A DNA stretch of 64,000 bases from Acidobacteriota bacterium (GTDB lineage Bacteria; Acidobacteriota; Thermoanaerobaculia; Multivoradales; UBA5704), in contig JBDTZG010000002.1 of the NCBI GenBank assembly GCA_040005235.1, forward strand, positions 128,001-192,000, in the 5' to 3' direction. This document shows positions 1 through 8,793 of this stretch, piece by piece. The first letter of the stretch is position 1. Each line of letters starts with the position of its first letter. The position numbers and the translations under genes were made by a program. A model generated the notes under the pieces. It saw only the letters and a list, made by a program, of their open reading frames with translations. It did not search any database and had not been told where the DNA came from.

Positions 1-153
1 CGAACTGCCGTCGCCACTGGCGCAATCGACCAGCACCACCTCGATCGGCCGATACGACAGCTTCTCGATCGCCTGAAAACAGGCCGCGAGATCGCCCGCC
101 GAGTTGTGGGTGACGATCGCGATCGCGACAGCGAAACCGTGATTTTCAGTCAC
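1..153 (-). CDS. Glycosyltransferase family 2, N-terminal part (runs off window edge)
   Basis: Manual translation from GTG at 153: MTENHGFAVAIAIVTHNSAGDLAACFQAIEKLSYRPIEVVLVDCASGDGSS, a typical GT2 N-terminus. GTGA overlap with the stop of the upstream GT2. Confidence 0.8.
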   Translation of the reverse strand, partial: MTENHGFAVAIAIVTHNSAGDLAACFQAIEKLSYRPIEVVLVDCASGDGSS

Positions 154-1079
154 GTGCTCGCCATCTCGTCGCGTTTCCACCGGTGCCAGACCTGGCGCAG
201 CGCCGTCACCAAGCCAAGTGCCGCCTCGCGGCGACTCGCGGCACGAGCGGGGCAACGGATCGGCACGAGAATCAGCCGCAGCAGGAGCCCGAACGCCAAC
301 GTCCCGCGCGCCAAACCGGCCCAAAGCCCGCCGTGGTGCTTGCGCAGGTAGCGATCCAGATTGCCGTAGTAGGCCGAAAGAAACGGCCCATACCCCAACC
401 GCGGCACGCTGCTCCCCAACCCATGGCGGAACACCGAAGCCGGCCAATAGTAGAGAGCCATCCCGGCCTGGCCCATCCGCTTCGCCAGATCCACATCCTC
501 GAACCAAGCCGGATAAAAGCCGGCATCGAAACCACCCACCCGCTCGAACGCCGAACGACGGATCGCCAGCGCCGCGGCAGCCGGCTGCTCGATGCGGGCG
601 CCCGCGGCCGGTTCCTCTTTCGGCCCCTTCCCCGCGGGAATCAACAGCGTCTGGAGCAACAATGTCCAGGGAGAGGGAAGAGGCCGTAACTGCCACCTAT
701 GCTGGGAGCCTCCGTCCTCACTCAGAAGCTTCGGAGCGAGCCCGGTGGCATCCGGCAAATCTCTGAAGCCCTCGACCAACCGATCCAAAGCCCCAGGCTC
801 CGGATGGGCGTCGGGATTCAAGAACAGCAAAATCTCCCCGCGAGCCACCGCCGCCCCGGCGTTCGCGCCCCCCCCAAACCCGAGGTTCTCGCCCGGAGCC
901 ACGAGCCGAAACGCCCCAGCCGGCAACTCTCCCTCCGAGCCATTGTCCACCACGATCAGCTCGAGCCGAGGATCGTCCGGCCAAGCCGCGACCAACTCGG
1001 CCAACTCGACTTCATTTCGCCAGTGGACGACGATGCCGGAAAGCAGGGGGGAGGAATCAGACGAAGAATCGGGCGACAT
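150..1079 (-). CDS. Glycosyltransferase family 2 (WbbL/rhamnosyltransferase-like)
   Basis: IVVDNGS, NLGFGGGANAG, LFLNPDA, GGFDAGFYPAWFEDVDL motifs. Start taken at ATG 1079. Confidence 0.88.
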   Translation of the reverse strand: MSPDSSSDSSPLLSGIVVHWRNEVELAELVAAWPDDPRLELIVVDNGSEGELPAGAFRLVAPGENLGFGGGANAGAAVARGEILLFLNPDAHPEPGALDRLVEGFRDLPDATGLAPKLLSEDGGSQHRWQLRPLPSPWTLLLQTLLIPAGKGPKEEPAAGARIEQPAAAALAIRRSAFERVGGFDAGFYPAWFEDVDLAKRMGQAGMALYYWPASVFRHGLGSSVPRLGYGPFLSAYYGNLDRYLRKHHGGLWAGLARGTLAFGLLLRLILVPIRCPARAASRREAALGLVTALRQVWHRWKRDEMAST

Positions 1080-1210
1080 GAGGGGCAATCGATCATAACG
1101 CAGCGCTTTTCCTGGGAGCGCCGAGCTCCAGCTCGGCACCGAAGCGGCCCGAAACAGCCAAGATCGCAAAAGAGACCGAGCGGGACTACAATTCCAATCG
1201 AGGTAAGACC

Positions 1211-1417
1211 ATGGCAGAGCCCCAGATCAAGCCAACATCACCGGCCGCCCGAGCCGACGAATTCTTTCGCCACGAGAGTTTCGAAGAACTGGCTCGCGCA
1301 CAAGGAGTCCGCCCTGCAACCCGCCTCGAAAGCTACGAAGGGGGTTGGCCGGCGGATCAGCTCGATGACGGTTTCGAGGAAGCGCTGCTCGCTTGGCGGC
1401 GGATTGAAACCGCTTGA
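1211..1417 (+). CDS. Small acidic protein, probable antitoxin partner of the downstream PIN remnant
   Basis: 68 aa, GAGGT RBS, TTGA overlap with a PIN-like ORF. Confidence 0.55.
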   Translation: MAEPQIKPTSPAARADEFFRHESFEELARAQGVRPATRLESYEGGWPADQLDDGFEEALLAWRRIETA

Positions 1418-1521
1418 AAAAGGTCGTCGTCGACACGTCGGTTGTCTCCTACCTCCTTAAGGGGCATACCAAGCATTTCTCGGGAATCGACGGGCTTGAT
1501 GTGTTGAGCATCCCGGTGTGA
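1414..1521 (+). pseudogene. Internally deleted VapC/PIN toxin remnant
   Basis: Translation MKKVVVDTSVVSYLLKGHTKHFSGIDGLDVLSIPV*: PIN N-terminal motif (VVDTSVVSYLL) joined directly to the C-terminal motif (KHFSGIDGL). Confidence 0.7.
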
Positions 1522-1730
1522 CGCCGCCTGAAGATCCCGGGACCGGCAAGCAGCTCGGCACCGAAGCGGCGAAGCTTCCCAAGCGGCCCAAACCGCTGCT
1601 CGGCGATCGGTGAGATGATTTCACCCCCGATGGCGGTCGGCCGCGGCGTAACCGCAGAATCCGCTCGCGCGTGACGTTCTGAGCGAGTACGGCGGAATTC
1701 CCGGCGGTGCTGGCGCCGCGCGGTGCTGGA

Positions 1731-1990
1731 AAGCGGCTATCGGTCCCAGGAAGTCGCTATCCGTCCCAGGAAGCGGCCGAAAGTCCCGGGAAGCGGCTAT
1801 CCGTCCCAGGAAGCGGCTATCCGTCCCAGGAAGCGGTGAAAAGCCCCGGGAAGTGGCTATCCGTCCCAGGAAGCTGGAAAAAGCCCCAGGAAGCGGCTAT
1901 CGGTCCCAGGAAGCGGGGAAAAGCCCCAGGAAGCGGTGGAAAGCCCCGGGAAGCGGCTATCCGTCCCAGGAAGCGGCTGTAGCTTCTGGA
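1731..1990. repeat. 20-bp tandem repeat array, about 13 units, two unit types
   Basis: Units aagcggctatccgtcccagg and aagcggNNNaaagccccRgg in exact 20-bp register from 1731. Degenerate inverted copies (ggatagc...) follow at about 2028-2162. Confidence 0.92.
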
Positions 1991-2190
1991 ACACCGCTTT
2001 CCGAAGCAGAACACGGTTCACGGTAACGGATAGCGGCTTCCCGTTCCGGAATACCGCTTCCGCTCCCGAAACGCGCTCATCCGGCTTGGATAGCCGCTAT
2101 CGGCGCAGGAAGACGCATCGCCGCTCCTGATCTCGAACTTCCGCGCCGGATAGCCTCTTTCCAGCGCGGCAAGAGGCCCACACTTCCATC

Positions 2191-2733
2191 TCAAGCCTTT
2201 GCCTCCAATAGATCAGATCGCCGCCACATCGGCTGAACGGCGCCCTCGCCTTCCGCCCGATCGGTCATCAAAACGCCGTCCAGATGGTCGATCTCGTGCT
2301 GGATCAATTCGGAGAGATCCGGCGGCAGTTCCTTCCACTGCTGCGGCTGAAACTGGTGGTCGCGATAGCTGAGCGAGATCGATCGGTACCGGCGGACACG
2401 GACGAGAACGTCGGGGATGCTCAAGCAATCGTCCCAGACGAGAAACGTCTCGTCGCTTCGCCAGGTGACGACGGGGTTGAGAAGGAGAAAAGGCCCGGAC
2501 CCAAGATCCATGGCCACGAGCCGCTTCTGCACGCCGACCTGTACCGCCGAGATCGCGCGACCGAATCCGCACCGCTCCCTGAAATCGCGCAGGGTGGCGA
2601 TCAGCGCAGAGGCGTCGGCGAGCAACGCCGGATCGATGGCGGTCACTTCGGCGGACCGCTCGCGCAGCCGCGGATCGCCCGCGAGCAGGATGGGGAGAGC
2701 CTTTGTCTCTGGGTCGAAGTCGAAGGGGTTCAT
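2191..2733 (-). CDS. def: Peptide deformylase (divergent motifs)
   Basis: GDPRLR, GRAISAVQVG, LLNPV, DDCLSIP, QHEIDHLDG. Confidence 0.88.
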   Translation of the reverse strand: MNPFDFDPETKALPILLAGDPRLRERSAEVTAIDPALLADASALIATLRDFRERCGFGRAISAVQVGVQKRLVAMDLGSGPFLLLNPVVTWRSDETFLVWDDCLSIPDVLVRVRRYRSISLSYRDHQFQPQQWKELPPDLSELIQHEIDHLDGVLMTDRAEGEGAVQPMWRRSDLLEAKA

Positions 2734-2895
2734 CAGTCTTCGGCGATTCTATGTGAGCCGCCGCAGGCTTTTTCCCGGGACCGCCGCGCACCAGCTCGGC
2801 CCTTGCACCGAGCGGCCTCGGGTGCCGGACGTGGAGAAAGAAAACGGCCGAGCTGGTGCTCGGCGATCCCGGGAGCCGCATACAATCCTCATCTC

Positions 2896-4983
2896 ATGTT
2901 CCTGATCGATCTGCTCGGCGCGCTGCTGACGCTTGCGGCGTTCTCGTTCCTCGGCCTTTCGGGCTACCTCGCGGCGACCGCGCTGATCGGGGAGCGCGCC
3001 CGGCGGGATCCTCTCTCGCTCGCCGTCGCCTGGGGTCTCTCCGCCCTGTCGATTGCTCTGCTGATCGGTCTGCTCCTCGGCGCGATCGGGCAACTGCGGA
3101 TCGACCTTGCGCTCTCCGGGCTGGCCCTGCTCGCGATCGTGCAACTCCAGCGCGCCAAGAAGACCGACGATCCTTGGGGTCCCGCGCGTTTGCTGGGTCG
3201 CTGTGCGTGGGTTCATCTCTCCGAGCGGCCGGCGCTCGCGATCCTCACGCTTCATGCGGCGGGGAGCGAGCTGCTGCGCGGGTTGCTCCGGCCGCCTTTG
3301 AGCTGGGACAGCTTGATGTACCACCTGCTGCTCACGGCGACCTGGGTGCAAGAGAAAAACCTGGCTCCCGTGTTCGGGCCGGCTCCGACCAACTTCTATG
3401 GCTTTCAGCCGGGCAATGGCTCGCTCTGGTTCTGGTGGTGGATGGCACCGTCGCACAGCGAGTTCTGGGTCAACCTCAGCGGGGCTCTGCCGTGGCTGCT
3501 GCTCGGTCTCGCCGCAGGCGCCGTGGCACGGCAGCTCGGGGCCGGCAAAAGCTGGCCGGTGGCGGCTTATCTGGCTCTGCTCACACCCTGCATCGTCCGC
3601 TTCGTCGGCGCGCAGTACGTCGACCTGTTGGTGGGCGCGGGGATCGCTGCCGCTGCGTACTTCTCGATGCTCTGGCTCGACGAGCCGCGGTGGGGGACGG
3701 CGCTGCTCGCCGGTGCCGGGCTCGGAATCGCGGCGGGGGCTAAGGTGCTGGCCCTTCCTTATGTCTTGGCATTTGCCGGCGCTTTGCTGCTGGCCGCGGC
3801 GTTGCGCGGCGGGTGGCGGGTGCGGATCGGCCAGGTCCTTGCGGCGATCGTGATCGCTGGGTTGCTCGGTGGTTTCTGGTACGTCCGCAACCTCGCGTAT
3901 GGCGCGGGGCCGCTCGGCCTGCGTTGCGAGGGGACGGCGGCGGGCGCCCAGGCCGACCGCGGCGAGGCGCCGACGATTCCGCGGCCGAACAGCGTGCTCG
4001 ACCAGTTCGGCACCTATTGGCGGTCGGGGCAGTTGATCGATGCGTCTCTCGGTTATATCCGCCCGCAGTCGCTCGAATTGGGTTTCGGGCCGCAGGTCTT
4101 CCTTCTGCTGCCGCTTCTTGCCTTCCCCTTGGGGCTTCCCCGCGGACGACGGCGGGCGTCGTTCCTTATCTGGAGCCAGATCGCGGCGCAGGCGTTCGTC
4201 TGGGCGACCATTCCGTACGCCGATCGAGGGACGATCTACGCCAACATCCGCTACCTGGACGGCGCGATCGCGCTCGCCTTGGCCGGTGGGGTCGCGCTGC
4301 TCGAAATGCGCTCCGTCGCCTCCCGCTGGATCGAGGGACTCGCGATCGTGCTCGCCGCCCAGGGTCTGCTGCAAATGCATTCCGAAATGCCGCGCGGCGT
4401 CCGGCTCGCGATGGCGGTGGTGGATCTTGTCGTCGTCGCCCTGGCGCTCTCGGCCGGCCTGAGGTCGAAAATCCGCGAGCGCGCTCTGGCCGTGGCGGTC
4501 GCGGGAGTCGTTCTGCTGCTCGTTGGCGCGCCGATCCTAGCCGGCTTTCGGGCGGCCGATCGGGGCCGGGCGATGGCGCAGGAGGTGACGGTCCACAAGA
4601 CGCCGGTCGAGCTATTCGCCCGCGCCTGGACCTGGCTGGACCGTTTCGGCGAGCACGGCACCGTCGCGGTGGCGAGCAGCCCGCAGCATTTCTTCGTCTA
4701 TCCCGCGATGGGGCCTCGGCTGGAACGCAAGGCGATCTTCGCCAACGTCAACGCGGCGGATTTTTCAAACGCCGCGGCCTACCCCGCCTGCGATCCGCGC
4801 GTCGATTTGAACCCCGGCGCTTGGCTCGCCAACCTTGCCAAGCACGAGGTGCGCTGGCTCCACCTGATGCGCTATCCCGGCACCGAATACCTGCCGGAAC
4901 GCGCCTGGGCCGACGCGCGGCCCGATCGCTTCACGCTCCGCTACGAGGACGACGGGAACCGGATCTATGAGGTGAGCCCGTAA
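2896..4983 (+). CDS. Polytopic membrane protein, GT-C/ArnT-like glycosyltransferase
   Basis: Many hydrophobic helices, WDSLMYHL loop, YVDL and GAK motifs, WYVRN. Start ATG 2896. Confidence 0.65.
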   Translation: MFLIDLLGALLTLAAFSFLGLSGYLAATALIGERARRDPLSLAVAWGLSALSIALLIGLLLGAIGQLRIDLALSGLALLAIVQLQRAKKTDDPWGPARLLGRCAWVHLSERPALAILTLHAAGSELLRGLLRPPLSWDSLMYHLLLTATWVQEKNLAPVFGPAPTNFYGFQPGNGSLWFWWWMAPSHSEFWVNLSGALPWLLLGLAAGAVARQLGAGKSWPVAAYLALLTPCIVRFVGAQYVDLLVGAGIAAAAYFSMLWLDEPRWGTALLAGAGLGIAAGAKVLALPYVLAFAGALLLAAALRGGWRVRIGQVLAAIVIAGLLGGFWYVRNLAYGAGPLGLRCEGTAAGAQADRGEAPTIPRPNSVLDQFGTYWRSGQLIDASLGYIRPQSLELGFGPQVFLLLPLLAFPLGLPRGRRRASFLIWSQIAAQAFVWATIPYADRGTIYANIRYLDGAIALALAGGVALLEMRSVASRWIEGLAIVLAAQGLLQMHSEMPRGVRLAMAVVDLVVVALALSAGLRSKIRERALAVAVAGVVLLLVGAPILAGFRAADRGRAMAQEVTVHKTPVELFARAWTWLDRFGEHGTVAVASSPQHFFVYPAMGPRLERKAIFANVNAADFSNAAAYPACDPRVDLNPGAWLANLAKHEVRWLHLMRYPGTEYLPERAWADARPDRFTLRYEDDGNRIYEVSP

Positions 4984-5012
4984 GCCCAGCCCACTAGGGC
5001 CGGGGGTGAGGG

Positions 5013-5636
5013 CTACTGCCAGGCGAGCGAGAGCATCTCGTCGAACGGCATGCCCGGCTTGCGCGAGCGGGCCATGACGAGGCGCCAGGCATCGGGCACC
5101 GGCGGCCCTTGCTGCATCATCTCGATGGATTCCTTGTCGCCGCCCCAAGCGGAAAACGCGAGGCCCATGGCGACCGGACCGCCGGTCGGGATCGGCGCCG
5201 GCACCATGGCGAGTTTCTTTTCGAGATCCAGCCGCAGGGCCAACGGCAGGCGTTTCGTGGCGGGAAACGCGAACCAAACCTTCGCCGGACTGCCCGGCCG
5301 GACGGTCGAAATCAACACGCCCGAGCACCCTTCGCCGCGCGGTGCGGCCGCGAAGATTTTCTTCGCCTCGGTCTCGAGCTGCTTTAAGTAGAACGTGGCG
5401 ATCAGGCCGTCGCCCCCGAGCCGCTCGCGCAGCAGAACATCGGGCTGGAACAGGACCGCCTGATGCACCACGAACGCCGCGGTAGGTGTTGGAGTCTTCA
5501 GAGGTGCGGCAGCTTTCGGAGGTGCGGCGGCTTTCGGCGGGGCCGGAGCCTGCGCGATAGCCGAAAGGGCGATCATCGACCCCAGTGCGAGGGCCGAAAG
5601 GGTTGCGAGCTGGAAGCGCTTCGGGAGGGTCGTCAT
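5013..5636 (-). CDS. Secreted hypothetical protein
   Basis: Signal peptide (ALSAIA-Q) followed by a Pro/Ala linker (APPKAAA repeated). Confidence 0.7.
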   Translation of the reverse strand: MTTLPKRFQLATLSALALGSMIALSAIAQAPAPPKAAAPPKAAAPLKTPTPTAAFVVHQAVLFQPDVLLRERLGGDGLIATFYLKQLETEAKKIFAAAPRGEGCSGVLISTVRPGSPAKVWFAFPATKRLPLALRLDLEKKLAMVPAPIPTGGPVAMGLAFSAWGGDKESIEMMQQGPPVPDAWRLVMARSRKPGMPFDEMLSLAWQ

Positions 5637-5686
5637 CGGTAGAAATTCTCCATCGTCTTCGAGTGTGCCCGGATTCAGAGGGGCGG

Positions 5687-6649
5687 CTACATCTTACGCT
5701 GGGCCAGCCAACGCCCCACGAACGGCAGGGCCATCAGCCCCAAGACCACGGCGAACCAGAGGGTGGCGGCGCGGATGATCAGGGTGGCCGAAGCGGCAGC
5801 CGCGGTGTCGAGCCCCTGGCTGCTGAGAAGGCCGGTGAGGACCCCTTCCGCCGCGAGCAAGCCGCCCGGGAGCATCGATAGCGAGCCGGCGCAGGTGGAC
5901 AGGCTGTAGTTGAAGATGCCGGAGAGGAACCCTGCCTGCGGCGCGTATTGCCGCACCGCGAGGGCGAAGCCGATCCCCTCGGCCCCCCAGGCGACCACCG
6001 CGATGGCTAGCCCGATCGCCAGCAGTCCGGGAGAGAGCAGGCCGCGCAGGTCGTCGTAGATCCCGCGGATCATGCCGGCGCGCCGGCCGATCGCGGGGAT
6101 CTTCGCGATCAGGGCGAACAGCGCCTCGGCGCCGCGCTCCCAGGTGAGGACCGCGACGGCAGCCGCCACCGCCGCGAAACAGGCGGCGGCGATCCAGATT
6201 CCGCCGTGAAACGGCAGGGCGCCGAGCCCCAGGAGGACGAACACGCCGAGCAGATCGGCCGCGCGCTCGGCGAGCACCGCGGGCACCACGCGCCGGGCTT
6301 GGCCTCCCCCCAGCTCGCGCACCAGCCAGGCTTTGCCCAGCTCGCCAGCCTTGCCGGGAGTCACCGAGAGCAGGAAACCGACCAGGAAGACCGCGAGGCT
6401 TTTCCCCAGCGAAAGCGTCACTCCGAGCCGATCGAGATAGATCTGCCAGCGGACGAAGCGAAGGACGTAGTTGCCGAGCGAGAGACCCAGAATCGGCAGC
6501 AGCAGTTCGAGATCGAACTCGCGCAGCCGGGCGGCGACCTTTCCCGCATCCGCGAAAAGCGCCAAGCCCACGCAGGCAAGGACCCCGAGGAACCCCGGGA
6601 TCAGCAGTCGGCGGCCGAGATGCTCGAAGCCGCGCCCGGCCTCTTCCAT
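5687..6649 (-). CDS. Lysylphosphatidylglycerol-synthase TM-region / flippase-like (UPF0104) membrane protein
   Basis: LRFVRW, TPGKAGELGK, ERAADL, PGGL, IRAATLWF motifs. True start about 6649; the longer ORF overlaps the DUF362 gene. Confidence 0.85.
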   Translation of the reverse strand: MEEAGRGFEHLGRRLLIPGFLGVLACVGLALFADAGKVAARLREFDLELLLPILGLSLGNYVLRFVRWQIYLDRLGVTLSLGKSLAVFLVGFLLSVTPGKAGELGKAWLVRELGGGQARRVVPAVLAERAADLLGVFVLLGLGALPFHGGIWIAAACFAAVAAAVAVLTWERGAEALFALIAKIPAIGRRAGMIRGIYDDLRGLLSPGLLAIGLAIAVVAWGAEGIGFALAVRQYAPQAGFLSGIFNYSLSTCAGSLSMLPGGLLAAEGVLTGLLSSQGLDTAAAASATLIIRAATLWFAVVLGLMALPFVGRWLAQRKM

Positions 6650-6723
6650 CTCCGCCGGGGTGGCGGAGTGGGTTGCTGGAGGGGACGCGGCTTGGGGCTC
6701 GTTCGGGGAGTTGAAGGTCTGGC

Positions 6724-7842
6724 TCAAGCGGCCTTCCGCTCGGCCGGTGCTACCTCCGGATATTGCTCGAACAGGCGCATCCACTGGCTGTTCTTGGTGT
6801 AGTCGGCGGTTCGCTTCTTGCCGATCGTCGGGTACCAGATGTAGTCGTGGTAGAAGTACGAACCGAACACGAACAGATTGACCAGCGGGGTGTGGAAGAA
6901 CAGGTTCTGAAGCCCCTTGAGCGGCCCGAACCAGATCGCGTCGCCGATCCGGGAGGCCGAGTTGTCGCCGACCCGGAACTTGAAGTTCATGTTCGAGATG
7001 TCCATGCCGACCACGTCGATGTCGCGCGGATCGCCGATGCCCAAGCCGGCTTCGTGGGCCAGGCGGATGTACTTGATCGACATCGGGTCGAAGCCCATGA
7101 GCTTTGCGGCCACGGCGTCGATGGCCACCTGATCGCCGGAAGCCAGCATCAGGTTCTTCTCGACCGGGATCATCGTCCGGGGCCCCGGGCCGTTGCCGCA
7201 GGTCGTTCCGTCCTTCACCGCGAACAGTCCGCTGTGGATCTCTTTCTGGATCGTCAGCAGATCGACCAGCGTCTCGTGGATCCAGCTGTGCGTGTAGTGG
7301 CGGCGGGTGTTCAGCAGGCCGCCGAAGGCGTTCTTCATTGCGCCGGTCGTGGTGGTGTAGATGTGGCATTTGACGGTCGGCAGGTGGACGATGTTTTTGC
7401 CCAGGAAGAACTCGGGGATGGTGATCCCCTCGGGGTAGATCTTCTCCAGCACCAGCATCTTCCCCTTCGGCTTGTAGGTGATCCACTTCAAGTCGTCGGC
7501 GAAGCAGTTGTATCGGACCGGAACACCGTACTGGTCGAGCACGGGGAGGTAGCGGTTCAGCCGCTCGCCCTTCTTGGGGTCGGTCACCACCGTATTGTTC
7601 TGGACGCAGACCAGGTCCGAGTAGCCGTCGGCCCGCAGCTTCTGGATCGTCCCTTCCAGCTGCCAAGGGGTCGTGTTGGCGCCCGGGAACGGGAAGTGCC
7701 AGGAGATGTTGTCCTTCAAAATCGTCGTGGCCTTGGGGTCGAGGTACTTTTTCACCTCGGCCAGTTCCATCGTGCGTCCGATGTCTTCGAGAACGGTGTC
7801 GGGCTTCGTTTCGAGGATGGCGACGCGAGCTTTCGGGGGCAT
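6724..7842 (-). CDS. DUF362 domain-containing protein
   Basis: ILKDNISW, TTPWQLEG, HLPTVKCH..TTTGAMKNAFG, GNGP, DQVAIDAVAAKLMGFDP motifs. Confidence 0.85.
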   Translation of the reverse strand: MPPKARVAILETKPDTVLEDIGRTMELAEVKKYLDPKATTILKDNISWHFPFPGANTTPWQLEGTIQKLRADGYSDLVCVQNNTVVTDPKKGERLNRYLPVLDQYGVPVRYNCFADDLKWITYKPKGKMLVLEKIYPEGITIPEFFLGKNIVHLPTVKCHIYTTTTGAMKNAFGGLLNTRRHYTHSWIHETLVDLLTIQKEIHSGLFAVKDGTTCGNGPGPRTMIPVEKNLMLASGDQVAIDAVAAKLMGFDPMSIKYIRLAHEAGLGIGDPRDIDVVGMDISNMNFKFRVGDNSASRIGDAIWFGPLKGLQNLFFHTPLVNLFVFGSYFYHDYIWYPTIGKKRTADYTKNSQWMRLFEQYPEVAPAERKAA

Positions 7843-8037
7843 AAGTGGGTTCTCCGGTTCGGGACTTAGCGAAGCGGCGCGGCTGAGCACCGGGCGCCGG
7901 AAGTAGGAAAAGCGGCCGATGGCGGATCAAAATTCCACCGGGAAGGCCGATTATAGCGGGTCTCCGCCCGGCTCGGCCTGGCTCTGGCTACCCGCCCGCC
8001 GCCAGGGCGTGAGAAGTTCGTGAGAAGCTTCGCGCCG

Positions 8038-8793
8038 ATGCCCGCCGCCCTGGCCGTTTCCAACGTCGTCAAGGTCTATCCCGAAGGAACTCGGGCGCTC
8101 GACGGGGTCTCTTTTTCGGTCGCGGCGGGGGAGACCGTGGCGCTGGTCGGCGAGAGCGGTTCGGGCAAGACGACGCTGCTACGGCTGTTCAACCGGCGGC
8201 TGGAACCGACCTCCGGCCGGGTCGAGGTCGCGGGGGAGGACGTGGCCGGAGTCGATCCGATCGCGCTCCGGCGGCGGCTCGGCTACGTGCCGCAGGACGG
8301 CGGTCTGCTTCCTCACTGGACGGTGGGCAAGAACGTCGAGACGGTGCCGCGCCTGCTCGGGTGGGAAGCGCCGCGCCGCCGGGAGCGCGCCAAAGAGCTG
8401 CTCGACCTGGTCGGATTGTCCGATAGGACCTACGCCGGCCGGTACCCGAACGAGCTGTCCGGCGGCCAGCGCCAGAGAGTGGCGTTCGCCCGCGCGCTCG
8501 CCGCCGACCCGCCGATCCTGCTGCTCGATGAGCCGTTCGGCGCGCTCGACGCGCTCACCCGGCGCGAGCTGCACGAGCAGTTCGCCGCCTGGACCGCGGC
8601 GCTCGGCAAAGCCGCCGTTCTGGTGACCCATGACCTCGCGGAGGCGTTCCGCCTCGCGGCGCGGACGGGGGTGCTGCGGGGAGGACGGCTGCTTCAGATC
8701 GGTCCCGCCGAGGACCTGGAGCGGCGGCCGGCCGATCCGTATGTCGAGGCGTTGCTCGACTTGGCGCTCTCGCGGCGGAGCACAAATGAGTAG
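8038..8793 (+). CDS. Osmoprotectant (glycine betaine/choline-type) ABC transporter ATP-binding protein
   Basis: GESGSGKTT, LSGGQRQRV, LLLDEPFGALD, LRRRLGYVPQ. Confidence 0.9.
   Translation: MPAALAVSNVVKVYPEGTRALDGVSFSVAAGETVALVGESGSGKTTLLRLFNRRLEPTSGRVEVAGEDVAGVDPIALRRRLGYVPQDGGLLPHWTVGKNVETVPRLLGWEAPRRRERAKELLDLVGLSDRTYAGRYPNELSGGQRQRVAFARALAADPPILLLDEPFGALDALTRRELHEQFAAWTAALGKAAVLVTHDLAEAFRLAARTGVLRGGRLLQIGPAEDLERRPADPYVEALLDLALSRRSTNE

Noticed and set aside
1731-1990. Possible CRISPR array
   Set aside because: Contiguous 20-bp units with no unique spacers, and no cas genes in the window.
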